DNA of 64,000 nucleotides from Bacteroidota bacterium (lineage in GTDB: Bacteria > Bacteroidota > Bacteroidia > Sphingobacteriales > Sphingobacteriaceae), in the NCBI GenBank assembly GCA_040384965.1, contig JAZKIH010000075.1, forward strand, positions 65,709-129,708, written 5' to 3'. Numbering within the stretch: the stretch's first letter is position 1; each line of letters opens with the position of its first letter. Of the stretch, positions 9,593 to 19,095 are shown piece by piece. Below the pieces are notes generated by a model. That model saw only the letters and a list, made by a program, of their open reading frames with translations, was not told the origin of the DNA and searched no databases. Made by a program: the position numbers and the translations under genes.

Positions 9593-12500
9593 TGGTCTTC
9601 GTTATAGGTTACTTGTAAATATTTTCCGGGGTTATCCAGATCGGCAATAAACCATGCCGGATTTCCATCCTTGTCTCTTCCTAACCTGGCACCTTCAACG
9701 GGAGGAGTATTGACAGTTTCAAGATTAACAAAATTAACCGATTTGTCAATAATGGGATGTAAAAATCCTGCGTCAATCATTTCAATCAGGCTCTCTTTGA
9801 ACTTGTCTGAGATCTGCGTCAGTTCATCAAGGGTATGGCTTTCGGTCGTGAAACATGGAAAGCCGTCCACGATATGGATTCCCTTATATCTCATTAAGGT
9901 GAATAATAGCTCGCTGTATGGAATGTCTTCTTCGAATTTGATTTTCCACATCGATCCGAACCCTACGATGTTAATCGCCATTCGCAGCTCCCTGCACGTC
10001 TGGCTCATCGTGTTTATCAAATAAGATGTCTTCTCATTTAGTTCTTTTTGAAGGGCGGGCCCGCGGCTTTTAAAATACTCCAGGGAAGCTTTGGCAGCTG
10101 CAAGTGCTAAAGGATGCCGGACGAATGTGCCCGCGAAATAAGTTACACCGGCTTCAGGTACTGACGAGTCTCCGAATTGCCATAAGCCTCCGTCAAGAGC
10201 ATCCATAAATTCCTTTCTTCCCGCTATTACCCCGATTGGCAAACCTCCGCCTATCACTTTGCCATAAGATGCGAGGTCGGCTTTAATCCCGAATAATGCT
10301 TGCGCTCCACCGGGGTGCATTCTAAAACCTGTGATAACTTCATCGAATATTAATACTGTACCAGAATCTGTCGTTAATTGACGGACCGCTTTCAGGAAGT
10401 CGATTGGCTGAAATTCTGGCCTTCGGCTTTGTACCGGTTCAACTAATACCGCGGCGATTTCTTCTGCCCGATCGGCAATTATTTTGAGAGTGTCGTCCGT
10501 GCCGTAATCAAGAATAAGCATGTTTTGAACAGCTTCAGGCATAATACCGGGGGCTGCCGGAATAGTTCGGAAAGTTTTAGTGCCCCGAACTATTACTTCA
10601 TCAAATATTCCATGGTAGGATCCAGAGAATGCGACAATTAATGATCTTCCGGTAACGGTCCTCGCTATCCGCATCGTTCCCAGTACAGCTTCTGATCCGG
10701 TACTGCAAAGTGCTGCACGGTCGAAACCAGTAAATTCGCAAACTAGTTTACAAACCTCCCCCGCAAGTTCATGCTGTGGCCCAATTTCGTAGCCGATCTC
10801 GATCTGATTCTTTATAGCTTCTACTAAGAAATCTGGTTGAAATCCAAGCATGTTTGAACCAAATCCATTTAATGCATCGATATATTCATTACCATCGATG
10901 TCCCAAATCCTGCTTCCTTTCGATCGTCTGGCTACTATCGGATAAACCAGTTCTTTAGTTAACGGCCTGAATCCTGATACGACCCTCGGGTCCGCCATGT
11001 GAGTCCTGTTCTTCTGTGTGTACTCTTTACTGGCTTTTGTCTTTTTATTAAAGTCGTCAGTTAATGACTTAATAAACCTGGATTGAGCTGGCGTTAAACC
11101 AGAGCTGGTCATGTCTATTTTGGGACTTGCGCCGAAGGGTTTTATTGCCCCAGATATTTCCGATTGTTTAAAATTCCGATCGTTGGCGTCATTGATAATA
11201 GTAGACGTTATTGTCTTTAACGATTTGCGACTTGTGAAACTGCTTTCATCCTGTAGGATATCTGGAGTCAACCCCGCATTAATATAATCCGCCAATAGGT
11301 TTACTGTGTTCAAATTTTCATTAAGCTGTCTGAAGCTTATTGGCAAAAATTCTTTTCTTAACGTAATGGCGAGCTGAGTTAGGAGCAATGAATCCATGCC
11401 TATCTCAATAAAGCTGTAATTAATGTCAGTATCATCCAGATTAATACCGGATGAAGACTCAATTATAGCCCTGATCCTTGTAATCAATGTTGATTTTCTG
11501 GAGAGTGTCTCAGCACCTTCTGTTAACTCAGGAAGTTCTGTGATGTGTTCGGATCGGGGAATTACCGGGGCGGTTGAATTTATTAAAGCGGGTTCTACCC
11601 AATATCTTTTTTTGTCGAATGCATAAGCAGGCAATTCGATCTTTCTGCCCATTGCATTTAGCGACTTCCAATCTGGAATAATTCCTGCCTGCCATAATTT
11701 TCCCATAGACTGCAGGGCAGACATGTATTCAGAGCTTCGGCTTTGTTGTTTTTCAAACCCCGGAACTGAAGTAAGTGATTTTCCCCGCGCAAATTGTTTA
11801 GCAAATATAGTAGCAGAATTTCCTGGGCCTACTTCAAGCAAAACTCTCAATGGATCTTCCCATAACGATTGAACTGCATCATAAAATCTAACCGGCTGCC
11901 GGAGCTGATCAGCCCAATAGTCAACGCTCATTGCTTCGAACTCCGACATCCATTTTCCTGTCACTGTAGAAACAATTGGCAGACGAGGGGGACTTAACTT
12001 AATTGACAATAAAAAGGTTTTGAAGTCGGCTTTAATATCGTCCATCATAGACGAATGAAAGGCATGGCTCGTTTTAAGTAGTTTGTTTGCAACTCCGCTC
12101 CCAGTAAGTTCCTTTGAAAAAGTTGCGACAGAAGTCGTTGGTCCTGAGACAACCGAAAGATCGGAGGTATTATAAGCGGCTATACTTAATGACGAAGGCA
12201 AGATCTTCGCAAGTTCAAATGTTGGCATTTTTACAGATAACATACTCCCGCCAGGGAGCCTGCTGATGAGCCTTGCCCGTTTCGAGACAACTTTTAAAAC
12301 ATCTTCCAGGGAAAATATGCCAGCAAAATGTGCTGCCACAAATTCGCCGATACTATGGCCTGCTACAGCCGATGGGTTTATGCCCCAGCTCATCCAAAGC
12401 TTTGCCATAGCATATTCGGTGACAAACAATGCGGGCTGTGTGTATCGGGTATTTTGAAGGTTTGCTTCTGCTGGACTTTCTTCATCCGAAGGATAAAGGA

Positions 12501-15500
12501 TATCCCTGATATCGGCTTCTAAATAAGGCAATAATATATTTGCACAGGTCTCAATAGCATCTTTAAAGACCGGATGTAAGTCATAAAAAGATCTTCCCAT
12601 GTTAAGATATTGCGAACCTTGTCCGGGGAAGATAAACGCAGTTTCCGAAGCAGCTTCCGAAAATACTTTTGGGAGACCGGCGGATCGATTTTTCAGCTTA
12701 TCAAGAAGATCATTTATATCGTGTGCAACTACGAATTGCCTGAGTGGAAAATCTTTTCTGGTGCGCTGAAGTGTCGCCGCTAAATCTGCAAGGTCAACCG
12801 AGGGATTTTGTTTTACATACTCTTCCAGCTTTCGCTGATACTCGTTCAGACTGTATTCTGTCTTTGCTGACCATAATATAAGCTGAGGACTGCTTGTTCT
12901 CCCAGTTGAAGGCCGGGTTTCCGGGAACTCTTCGAGGATAACATGTACGTTTGTTCCGCCTACACCAAACGAGCTTACACCTGCGCGCCTTGTGCCAGAC
13001 GAATCCCATTTTTTCAGTCGGGAGTTAACATAGAAGGGGCCGTTTTGAAAATCGATATTGGGGTTAGCATTCTCGTAAAAAAGTGAAGGCGGGAGTTGCT
13101 TGTGATATAATGACATCGTTGTCTTGATGAAGCCGGCAATTCCTGCTGCATGTGTGAGGTGTCCGATATTGCTTTTTATCGATCCTATAGCACAGAATTG
13201 CTTACTTTGCGGCAGTCCGAAAGCGAGCTTCAAACCTTCAATTTCGATAGGATCGCCTAGTGGAGTAGCCGTTCCGTGGGCCTCAATATAACTTAAAGAA
13301 GAAGCTTCTATTCCAGCATCGTCCATAGCCATAGTAATTGCTCCTGCTTGTCCTTCGGGATCGGGTGCGGTAAAACTCGCTTTTCCAGCTCCATCATTAT
13401 TGAGACCAACTCCTTTGAGTATTGCGAATATTGTATCGCCATCACGTTCAGCAGATTCCCGTGTTTTAAGAACTACAACTCCTGCGCCGTCGCTGAAAAC
13501 GGTGCCGGTTGCATGTGCATCAAAAGGCCTGCAATGTCCATCTCTGCTGAGCATCGCACCTTCTTCATATACATGTCCGCTATTTACAGGGACCGTGATG
13601 GATATACCGCCAGCTAATGCAACATCACATTGCCCTTTTCTAAGACTTTCGGCTGCCTGAGCAACAGCCAGCAGTGAAGTCGAACATGCAGAATAAACGC
13701 TTACTGCCGGTCCCTTTAGATTTAACTCGTATGCGGTACGCATAGATATATAGTCCTTTTCGTTCAGCGTTGATACCTGAAAGCTGCCCGCACGTTCTAT
13801 GAGTTCCTGGCGCGTATGTACATTATTTAAATAGTAGGTATTTGATCCGCTGCCAGCGAAAACGCCAATTCTTCCATCATATTTATCGGGCAGATGACCA
13901 GATTGTTCAAGTGCTTCCCATGCGATCTCAAGAAAAATACGCTGCTGCGGATCCATGAGTTCAGCGAGTAAGGGTGGGATTCCAAAGAAGGCAGCGTCAA
14001 ATTTGTCGACATTACTTACAATGCCCCGGGCTTTTACATATTCGGGATTGTTTATTACATGATCAGGCAGACTTGCGTCCAATTCCTCGTCGCTGAAGAA
14101 TTTGGTCGTTTCACGGCCAGAAATCAGTATCTGCCATAGTTCAGCTACAGTATCTGCCCCAGGAAATCTCCCGGCCATACCTACAACTGCAAGATCTTTG
14201 CTTAACGATGGTTTTTTGCTCTTTTTTTCTGATTTAATCTCCTCCTTCCCGGATAAAGTGAGGGACAACTGTTTAATATATGGGTATTGGTAAAGGCGTG
14301 TAACAGGGAGAGATAATTTATGTTCGTTCAATAGCACAGAAACAAAACGAAGTGCCAGCAGTGAATTACCCCCCAAATCAAAGAAATTATCGTTGATCCC
14401 AATTTTATCGATTTGGAGAAGAGAGCTCCAGATGGACGATAAAAGCTTCTCCATTGGTGATACCGGAGCTTTGAAGAGCACGTTCAAATCCGGGCGTGCA
14501 GTTCCTGGTTCTGGCAGCGCATTACGGTCAATTTTACCATTCTCGCTCAACGGTACTTTATCAATTTCAAGTAAATGATCGGGAACCATGTAATCAGGAA
14601 GCTGCAGGTTCAAATATGCGCGAAGATTGGCTTTATCGAATTGACTTGATGAACTGACGATATAGCCCACCAACTTTTTCATTCCATCCGCGGCTCCTTT
14701 TGCGACTACAACACACTGCGCTACCCCCTCGTACTGAAGGATTGTATTTTCTATTTCACCAAGTTCTATCCGGAACCCCCGGATTTTTACCTGATCGTCT
14801 GAACGGCCAAGATATTCCAGATTTCCACTCGGATGCCACTTTGCCAGGTCACCTGTTCGATAAAGTCGATTGTGTTCGCTGTTCGTGAAAGGATTTAGCA
14901 AGAATCTATAGCTATCCAGTTCCGGACGGTTTAAATAACCTCTTGCAACCTGGCACCCGCCAATGTAAAGTTCGCCCGAAATTCCTGTTTCGCAGGGATT
15001 CATGTGCTCGTCAAGAACATACAAACTAGTGTTTGCAATAGGCTTACCTATAAAAATTTTCTCGGGTTGCTCAGGCACATCATAGCAGCTAACGTCTATG
15101 GCGGCCTCGGTAGGGCCATATAGGTTGTGAAGTGAGACGTGCGGAAGCTTTTCGCGGAAGCTATTGGCTTGTTTAAGTGTAAGTTCTTCGCCGCTGCAGA
15201 GCACTCTTTTTAACCCCGGACATGAGTTTGTTTCTATCTCTTGAAGGAACATTTCCAGCATTGATGGCACAAAATGAATTGTTGTGACTTTTTGTTCATC
15301 AATAACATTTTGTAAGTAAACTGGATCTTTTTGCCCCCCAGGTTTTGCCATCATAACCGTGCAGCCGACCATCAAAGGCCAAAGAAGTTCCCACACCGAA
15401 ACATCAAAGCAGATTGTGGTTTTTTGAAGTATAACATCTCCGGCTTGTAAGTGAAAGTGACTTTGCGCCCATTTCAGCCTGTTGGCTAATGCATAGTGCT

Positions 15501-16074
15501 CGGTTAAAACCCCCTTAGGCTTGCCCGTGGAGCCGGAAGTATAAATTACGTAAGCAAGGTCGTGAGATTGTATGCGTGGAAGTGATAAAGCAGGTGCCGG
15601 AACTTGTTCCCACTCCTCATCAACAACGACAGAATTTAGTCCGCTAATTCTGGAGAGTGGCTCGTTTATTTTACCGATAGTTGAACTATTTGTAAGGACG
15701 ATTTTTACTCCGGCATCATTCAGCATGAATACAATGCGGTCAGCCGGGTAATCGGGATCTATAGGTAGATACGCCCCTCCGGCCTTAAGCGTAGCAAGAA
15801 TAGATACCATCATTTCGATAGATCTGTCCAGACAAATACCTATAATTTCTTCTTTAGACAGGCCTTTTGATAGTAGATATGCTGCTAGTTGATTCGATTT
15901 AACTTCAAGCTGTGAATAGGTTAAGCTTTCGAGTTCAGTTATGACAGCCACCTTATCTGGAAATAGTTTGGCTTGGTTAGAGAATTCAGAAGGAAACATT
16001 TCCGCGTTTGCGAAGGTTATTTCAGTATTGTTAAACGTATAAAGGACTTTCTCGTTTTCTTCAGGATGTGGCAT
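9589..16074 (-). CDS. Hybrid NRPS-PKS loading/extension protein, A-T-KS-AT-ACP-aminotransferase
   Basis: 2161 aa. A domain: LAYVIYTSGSTGKPKG, FDVSVWE, NLYGPTEAA, YRTGDLAKW, NGKIDRNAL. T domain: FFDLGGNSLLA (Ser571, nt 14362..14364). KS: C-H-H triad VYSACSTS (Cys797, nt 13684..13686), EAHGTATPLGDP, SNIGH. AT: GHSIGE (Ser1241, nt 12352..12354) and HAFH. ACP: IGMDSLL (Ser1562, nt 11389..11391). C-terminal class-III PLP aminotransferase: GFGSNMLGFQP, FDEVITGFR, SYGKVIGGG (Lys1939, nt 10258..10260). Confidence 0.95.
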   Translation of the reverse strand: MPHPEENEKVLYTFNNTEITFANAEMFPSEFSNQAKLFPDKVAVITELESLTYSQLEVKSNQLAAYLLSKGLSKEEIIGICLDRSIEMMVSILATLKAGGAYLPIDPDYPADRIVFMLNDAGVKIVLTNSSTIGKINEPLSRISGLNSVVVDEEWEQVPAPALSLPRIQSHDLAYVIYTSGSTGKPKGVLTEHYALANRLKWAQSHFHLQAGDVILQKTTICFDVSVWELLWPLMVGCTVMMAKPGGQKDPVYLQNVIDEQKVTTIHFVPSMLEMFLQEIETNSCPGLKRVLCSGEELTLKQANSFREKLPHVSLHNLYGPTEAAIDVSCYDVPEQPEKIFIGKPIANTSLYVLDEHMNPCETGISGELYIGGCQVARGYLNRPELDSYRFLLNPFTNSEHNRLYRTGDLAKWHPSGNLEYLGRSDDQVKIRGFRIELGEIENTILQYEGVAQCVVVAKGAADGMKKLVGYIVSSSSQFDKANLRAYLNLQLPDYMVPDHLLEIDKVPLSENGKIDRNALPEPGTARPDLNVLFKAPVSPMEKLLSSIWSSLLQIDKIGINDNFFDLGGNSLLALRFVSVLLNEHKLSLPVTRLYQYPYIKQLSLTLSGKEEIKSEKKSKKPSLSKDLAVVGMAGRFPGADTVAELWQILISGRETTKFFSDEELDASLPDHVINNPEYVKARGIVSNVDKFDAAFFGIPPLLAELMDPQQRIFLEIAWEALEQSGHLPDKYDGRIGVFAGSGSNTYYLNNVHTRQELIERAGSFQVSTLNEKDYISMRTAYELNLKGPAVSVYSACSTSLLAVAQAAESLRKGQCDVALAGGISITVPVNSGHVYEEGAMLSRDGHCRPFDAHATGTVFSDGAGVVVLKTRESAERDGDTIFAILKGVGLNNDGAGKASFTAPDPEGQAGAITMAMDDAGIEASSLSYIEAHGTATPLGDPIEIEGLKLAFGLPQSKQFCAIGSIKSNIGHLTHAAGIAGFIKTTMSLYHKQLPPSLFYENANPNIDFQNGPFYVNSRLKKWDSSGTRRAGVSSFGVGGTNVHVILEEFPETRPSTGRTSSPQLILWSAKTEYSLNEYQRKLEEYVKQNPSVDLADLAATLQRTRKDFPLRQFVVAHDINDLLDKLKNRSAGLPKVFSEAASETAFIFPGQGSQYLNMGRSFYDLHPVFKDAIETCANILLPYLEADIRDILYPSDEESPAEANLQNTRYTQPALFVTEYAMAKLWMSWGINPSAVAGHSIGEFVAAHFAGIFSLEDVLKVVSKRARLISRLPGGSMLSVKMPTFELAKILPSSLSIAAYNTSDLSVVSGPTTSVATFSKELTGSGVANKLLKTSHAFHSSMMDDIKADFKTFLLSIKLSPPRLPIVSTVTGKWMSEFEAMSVDYWADQLRQPVRFYDAVQSLWEDPLRVLLEVGPGNSATIFAKQFARGKSLTSVPGFEKQQSRSSEYMSALQSMGKLWQAGIIPDWKSLNAMGRKIELPAYAFDKKRYWVEPALINSTAPVIPRSEHITELPELTEGAETLSRKSTLITRIRAIIESSSGINLDDTDINYSFIEIGMDSLLLTQLAITLRKEFLPISFRQLNENLNTVNLLADYINAGLTPDILQDESSFTSRKSLKTITSTIINDANDRNFKQSEISGAIKPFGASPKIDMTSSGLTPAQSRFIKSLTDDFNKKTKASKEYTQKNRTHMADPRVVSGFRPLTKELVYPIVARRSKGSRIWDIDGNEYIDALNGFGSNMLGFQPDFLVEAIKNQIEIGYEIGPQHELAGEVCKLVCEFTGFDRAALCSTGSEAVLGTMRIARTVTGRSLIVAFSGSYHGIFDEVIVRGTKTFRTIPAAPGIMPEAVQNMLILDYGTDDTLKIIADRAEEIAAVLVEPVQSRRPEFQPIDFLKAVRQLTTDSGTVLIFDEVITGFRMHPGGAQALFGIKADLASYGKVIGGGLPIGVIAGRKEFMDALDGGLWQFGDSSVPEAGVTYFAGTFVRHPLALAAAKASLEYFKSRGPALQKELNEKTSYLINTMSQTCRELRMAINIVGFGSMWKIKFEEDIPYSELLFTLMRYKGIHIVDGFPCFTTESHTLDELTQISDKFKESLIEMIDAGFLHPIIDKSVNFVNLETVNTPPVEGARLGRDKDGNPAWFIADLDNPGKYLQVTYNEDQ

Positions 16075-16187
16075 GCTCTGGACCGATTCTTAACAACTAT
16101 TGCCAAAATAATAAAAAATGTATTGACCTCGCCATCCGCGATTAGATGGATAGGAGGGTTGAATTGACTCTTTGAAAAAGTTAATCA

Positions 16188-17357
16188 TTACGTTTTTCGA
16201 CGAGCTTTATCCCACACTGAACTTTGTTCGCCACTGAAGTATTTTTCTATTCCAACAAGAATTGCATAGTTCATTACGCAGAAATAATATGGGATAAATA
16301 ATATCTTGATGCGTAGATGTTTTTCCTCAAGTATCCAGCCAAGTATCGCCAGGAAGTAAAATGTCAATTGCCCTAGTAGCAAAAACATATATATTGGACT
16401 GATTGGGTTAATTGCCAGAGGAATATTTAATATCAACACGATTATCAGAAGAAATGGTGTTATTGTCCAGCGAAATACGCGGTGACTAATGTATTGGAAA
16501 CTGAGAACACCATATCGGAATATGTTTAGTAAGTGAGCCAGCCGGACGATCGATTGTATGCCACCTGCAGCTATTCTTGTTTTACGTTTTAATTCTTCAG
16601 CAATATTTTCAGAAGCAGATTCTAAGGCGAACGCTTCAGGTTCATACTTTATCTTATAGCCCATTGCAGCCACTTGCATGGAAATCATAAAGTCGTCCAG
16701 AACCGTGTCGGAAGGCACCTCATGGTAAAGTTCACGGCGTACACTGAACAGCTCGCCGGCAGCGCCTACTGTTGAATATAATTCAGAGTCCCACTTTTTT
16801 AATGCTGACTCATATCGCCAATAAAAGCCTTCGCCTGCGGTGTTCGCATCGGAAAGCTCATCTACATAGATGCGTTTTTCTCCAGCAACCGCGCCTACAT
16901 CCGAATCTGAATAATGCTTAGCAATATTGATAAGGGCAGTTAAATTCAGATATGTATTCGCATCCGAAAAAGTTATGATCTCTGAAGAGCTATTCGTAAT
17001 AGCCCTGTGCATTGCTGCCGCCTTGCCCCGTCGCGGATGATCATGCATTAATTTTATCTGCGGATACTCGGCGACAATTTCTGGTGTTTTGTCGTCAGAG
17101 CCATCCGTAATGATAATTATTTCTAGCTTCCTCGGATCGTATTCCAGCGCCAAAGTATTTAAAATCTTGTCGCGAATAAATGATTCTTCATTATATGCCG
17201 CAATAATAAGTGTGCAGGACGGCCGTTCTGTAACACTTAGGGCTGGATTAGGAGCTTTTAGCAACCGTTTAATCCTAATAAGGATATAAAGGATGATACC
17301 ATATCCAATAAACGTATAGAAAATTATAAAGAGCCCCAGCCAGAAAGTTATAACCAT
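16188..17357 (-). CDS. Membrane-integrated family 2 glycosyltransferase
   Basis: 389 aa with an ATG start. It has an N-terminal TM helix, a GT-A core (IIAAYNEE, ITDGSDD, FSDAN, GAAGELFSVRR) and a C-terminal bundle of TM helices. It lies 113 nt upstream of the NRPS-PKS gene on the same strand. Confidence 0.8.
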   Translation of the reverse strand: MVITFWLGLFIIFYTFIGYGIILYILIRIKRLLKAPNPALSVTERPSCTLIIAAYNEESFIRDKILNTLALEYDPRKLEIIIITDGSDDKTPEIVAEYPQIKLMHDHPRRGKAAAMHRAITNSSSEIITFSDANTYLNLTALINIAKHYSDSDVGAVAGEKRIYVDELSDANTAGEGFYWRYESALKKWDSELYSTVGAAGELFSVRRELYHEVPSDTVLDDFMISMQVAAMGYKIKYEPEAFALESASENIAEELKRKTRIAAGGIQSIVRLAHLLNIFRYGVLSFQYISHRVFRWTITPFLLIIVLILNIPLAINPISPIYMFLLLGQLTFYFLAILGWILEEKHLRIKILFIPYYFCVMNYAILVGIEKYFSGEQSSVWDKARRKT

Positions 17358-17409
17358 TTCAAGTTCTAATATCTAAAGGTTATCCAAAAACCAAACACGC
17401 AGACGCCGT

Positions 17410-18309
17410 TCACCGATTCAGGCTATCTTTCTGATGAGTGATGTTCCACCAAATCCCTTTGAAAAATGCTTTAGCCAGGTCAATCCTGTTTGCGGCTAAA
17501 TATCTGTATAAATTTCTGGGTAAAACAAGAGTATAAAAGTACAAATGGAAAATAATTACGGTTAGAGGAGTAGCATTTCTTCGAATAAAGAGGATTCTGT
17601 TACGAGTCATAAAATATTCCTTCATGGGACTATTTTGACCAGTGGAAAGTGATTCTTTGTGGTAAATCACAGCACTTGGGTCAATCCAGATTTCATAACC
17701 GTACTTTTTTATGCTCTCGCACCATTCCATTTCCTCATAGTACAAAAAGTAATTTTCGGGCATAGACCCAGCTTTTTCTATTGCACTTCGCCGCAACATC
17801 ATTGCTGCTCCATGTGCAAATTCAGTTCGATAGGATGTTGAACCATATTGACCGTAATCAGTTTCAAGCTGCCCGATACATTTATTACGTCCGGTGTAAA
17901 AATTCATTTTTGTAAAGCCCGCATATTGAATAGTATTCTGCTGAGCGTAGTATATGATCTTTGGACAGACAATTCCTGCCAGGGGCTTACTTTCTAATAA
18001 TGCAATTAGTTTTTCAATCAGTCCGGCCGTAAACTCCGTGTCATTGTTAACGAAGAACAAGTAGTCGCCGCTTGCTTTTTCAACGCCCAGATTATTGCCG
18101 CCAGCGAAACCCAGGTTTTTTTCTGAACGGATGTAAGTTACCTCCGGAAATTCAAATGACAGTTCTTTGGTCGCGTTAGTAATGCTTCCATTATCAACTA
18201 CGATTATCTCCGCATCGCCATATTGTTTGAGCAAATCTATCGATCGCAAAAGCTCCAGCGTGGCTTGCGGTTGGTTGAAATTTACCGTGATGATTGAAAG
18301 TTTTTTCAA
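17410..18309 (-). CDS. Family 2 glycosyltransferase (soluble, rhamnosyl/WbbL-like architecture)
   Basis: 299 aa. Motifs are LSIITVNFNQ, VVDNGS and FFVNNDT (DxD-like). The start codon at 18309 is TTG, and there is no in-frame ATG near the N-terminus. Confidence 0.8.
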   Translation of the reverse strand: MKKLSIITVNFNQPQATLELLRSIDLLKQYGDAEIIVVDNGSITNATKELSFEFPEVTYIRSEKNLGFAGGNNLGVEKASGDYLFFVNNDTEFTAGLIEKLIALLESKPLAGIVCPKIIYYAQQNTIQYAGFTKMNFYTGRNKCIGQLETDYGQYGSTSYRTEFAHGAAMMLRRSAIEKAGSMPENYFLYYEEMEWCESIKKYGYEIWIDPSAVIYHKESLSTGQNSPMKEYFMTRNRILFIRRNATPLTVIIFHLYFYTLVLPRNLYRYLAANRIDLAKAFFKGIWWNITHQKDSLNR

Positions 18310-18582
18310 ACCTGAATGTCTTAATAGTCGGCAGGAAATTACATAAAAAAGGGTTAAAGGTGAGAATATTTGCAGACGAGGGCTAATTTGTCTTGCATAA
18401 ATCAGAAATTTAAAGGGATATTCACCTGCAACGTATTTGGTGATTCTTGTTATATTTGAGTATGACAGAGGATCGCCAGTATCGGCTTACGCGATAGAGA
18501 GATCAATCCCTTTCCTAAGTTCTTAACAAATCAATCGCTTCAGGCGATTTACTTAAATTGCGCTCATTTAATATATTATACG

Positions 18583-19095
18583 TTGGAAAATTTAGTTAAA
18601 GGAGGGATCTCCGAGTCTGTTAAAAATCTTAACCAGGTAGAGGAAATCCATCATAAGATGGAAGAGTTAATTCATTTGATTGCGCAAACTTCGCTGGATG
18701 AAGCTACTAAGGCAAGTTTGGATGCGCGATTTCAGTCTGTCATCGCTTCGCGTTCCACTGCTTTGCAAAAGCATAGTTCCCCAATTATCGATCGAAACGA
18801 AAATAATGACTTCGGACAGCTTTTATTTATGGATAATCTTGACAGACGCACGCAAAAAAAGCATACTTTTTACAAGGTAGCTAGTGTGTTGGTAAGAAGT
18901 ATTATAGCAGGCTTACTTATTTTACTGGGTTTCGGAATGATTATCATGCCGGCACCTCCATATTTCGAGATGTTTACACTTTTTTATATTAATCCTAACG
19001 ACGGAGTAACAATAATGGACGTTGTTTCTTTGTTAGTTGTTTTTACCGGAGTTTATCTCCTAATATCGATCCTTTTAAAATCTAAAAAGCATTAG
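18583..19095 (+). CDS. Hypothetical membrane protein (two C-terminal TM helices)
   Basis: 170-aa ORF. The track start is TTG and the first ATG is at 18658. The N-terminal half is hydrophilic and helical; the C-terminal half has two hydrophobic spans. No recognisable family. Confidence 0.45.
   Translation: MENLVKGGISESVKNLNQVEEIHHKMEELIHLIAQTSLDEATKASLDARFQSVIASRSTALQKHSSPIIDRNENNDFGQLLFMDNLDRRTQKKHTFYKVASVLVRSIIAGLLILLGFGMIIMPAPPYFEMFTLFYINPNDGVTIMDVVSLLVVFTGVYLLISILLKSKKH

Noticed and set aside
1506-15000. About 30 short ORFs (60-120 aa) on the plus strand, or in other minus frames, inside the three NRPS/PKS genes. Examples are 1506..1751, 3749..4102, 6644..6934, 9671..10024, 13348..13617 and 14700..14888.
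   Set aside because: All lie entirely within long ORFs that have continuous, recognisable domain motifs. Their translations are low-complexity or have no motifs. They are antisense or off-frame artefacts.
18436-18458. A candidate Bacteroidota promoter: an exact TAnnTTTG match (TATATTTG, 18451..18458) with a TTTG at 18436..18439.
   Set aside because: The spacing between the two elements is only ~11 nt, against the expected ~19-21 nt. No properly spaced -33 element was found, so this is not reported as a feature.
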